A stretch of DNA of 64,000 bases from NCBI GenBank assembly GCA_963815285.1, contig CAWFGB010000005.1:423919-487918 (forward strand), in the 5' to 3' direction. Under the pieces are notes generated by a model. It did no database searches and was not told where the DNA came from. It saw only the letters and a program-made list of their open reading frames with translations. Positions 63,987 through 64,000 of the stretch are shown here, one piece after another. The position numbers and the translations under genes are program-made. Numbering within the stretch: the stretch's first letter is position 1; the number at the start of each line of letters is the position of its first letter. This DNA comes from an uncultured Acidobacteriota bacterium. Its GTDB lineage: Bacteria; Acidobacteriota; Vicinamibacteria; Vicinamibacterales; UBA2999.

Positions 63987-64000
63987 GGGTTGTTCCGTTT

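Noticed and set aside
1-64000. Search for tRNA, rRNA, tmRNA and RNase P-like sequences
   Set aside because: I did not spot any T-loop (GGTTCGAATCC-like) or rRNA-like conserved block by eye. The absence is not proven without tRNAscan or Infernal.

Overview
A visibly GC-rich bacterial chromosomal segment with G/C-dominated third codon positions. It is probably from Acidobacteriota, because it carries an 808-aa duplicated FtsX-type 'ADOP' orphan permease, BlaI/BlaR1-TonB and ECF sigma/anti-sigma/DUF4097 modules, and many secreted hydrolases. I support about 55 protein-coding genes, mostly ordinary metabolism and envelope functions: ispG, guaB, NDH-2, a molybdopterin oxidoreductase, two M20 amidohydrolases, transporters, SCO, a TlpA-like redoxin, LemA/TPM and two RRM proteins. 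I found no rRNA, tRNA or CRISPR array by eye. Five things stand out. (1) The radical SAM gene at 42713 stops at an in-frame UGA directly after a Cys. Reading through gives a C-U-V-E-P tail with a hairpin at SECIS distance, so it is probably a selenoprotein, and an ATP-grasp ligase gene overlaps it translationally. (2) Between about 7.9 and 16.4 kb, all three long genes need many frame changes: a roughly 3.7 kb secreted metzincin with 13 GDLLEFGT octapeptide repeats, an IS630-like transposase, and a roughly 3.3 kb Ser/Thr kinase-TPR gene. No other gene in the window needs one. (3) A GxxExxY (PD-(D/E)XK-like) gene sits in a 1.3 kb cassette built from four different short tandem-repeat arrays and is bracketed by inverted CGCAGATT arrays. 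(4) A dispersed family of 12-14 nt GAACC-core tandem repeats includes one 'empty' inverted bracket. (5) The supplied ORF track omits the largest ORF of the first 2 kb because it runs off the edge, and it often fuses real genes to long antisense or out-of-frame extensions. All functional calls come from motif recognition in the translations. No database search was run.
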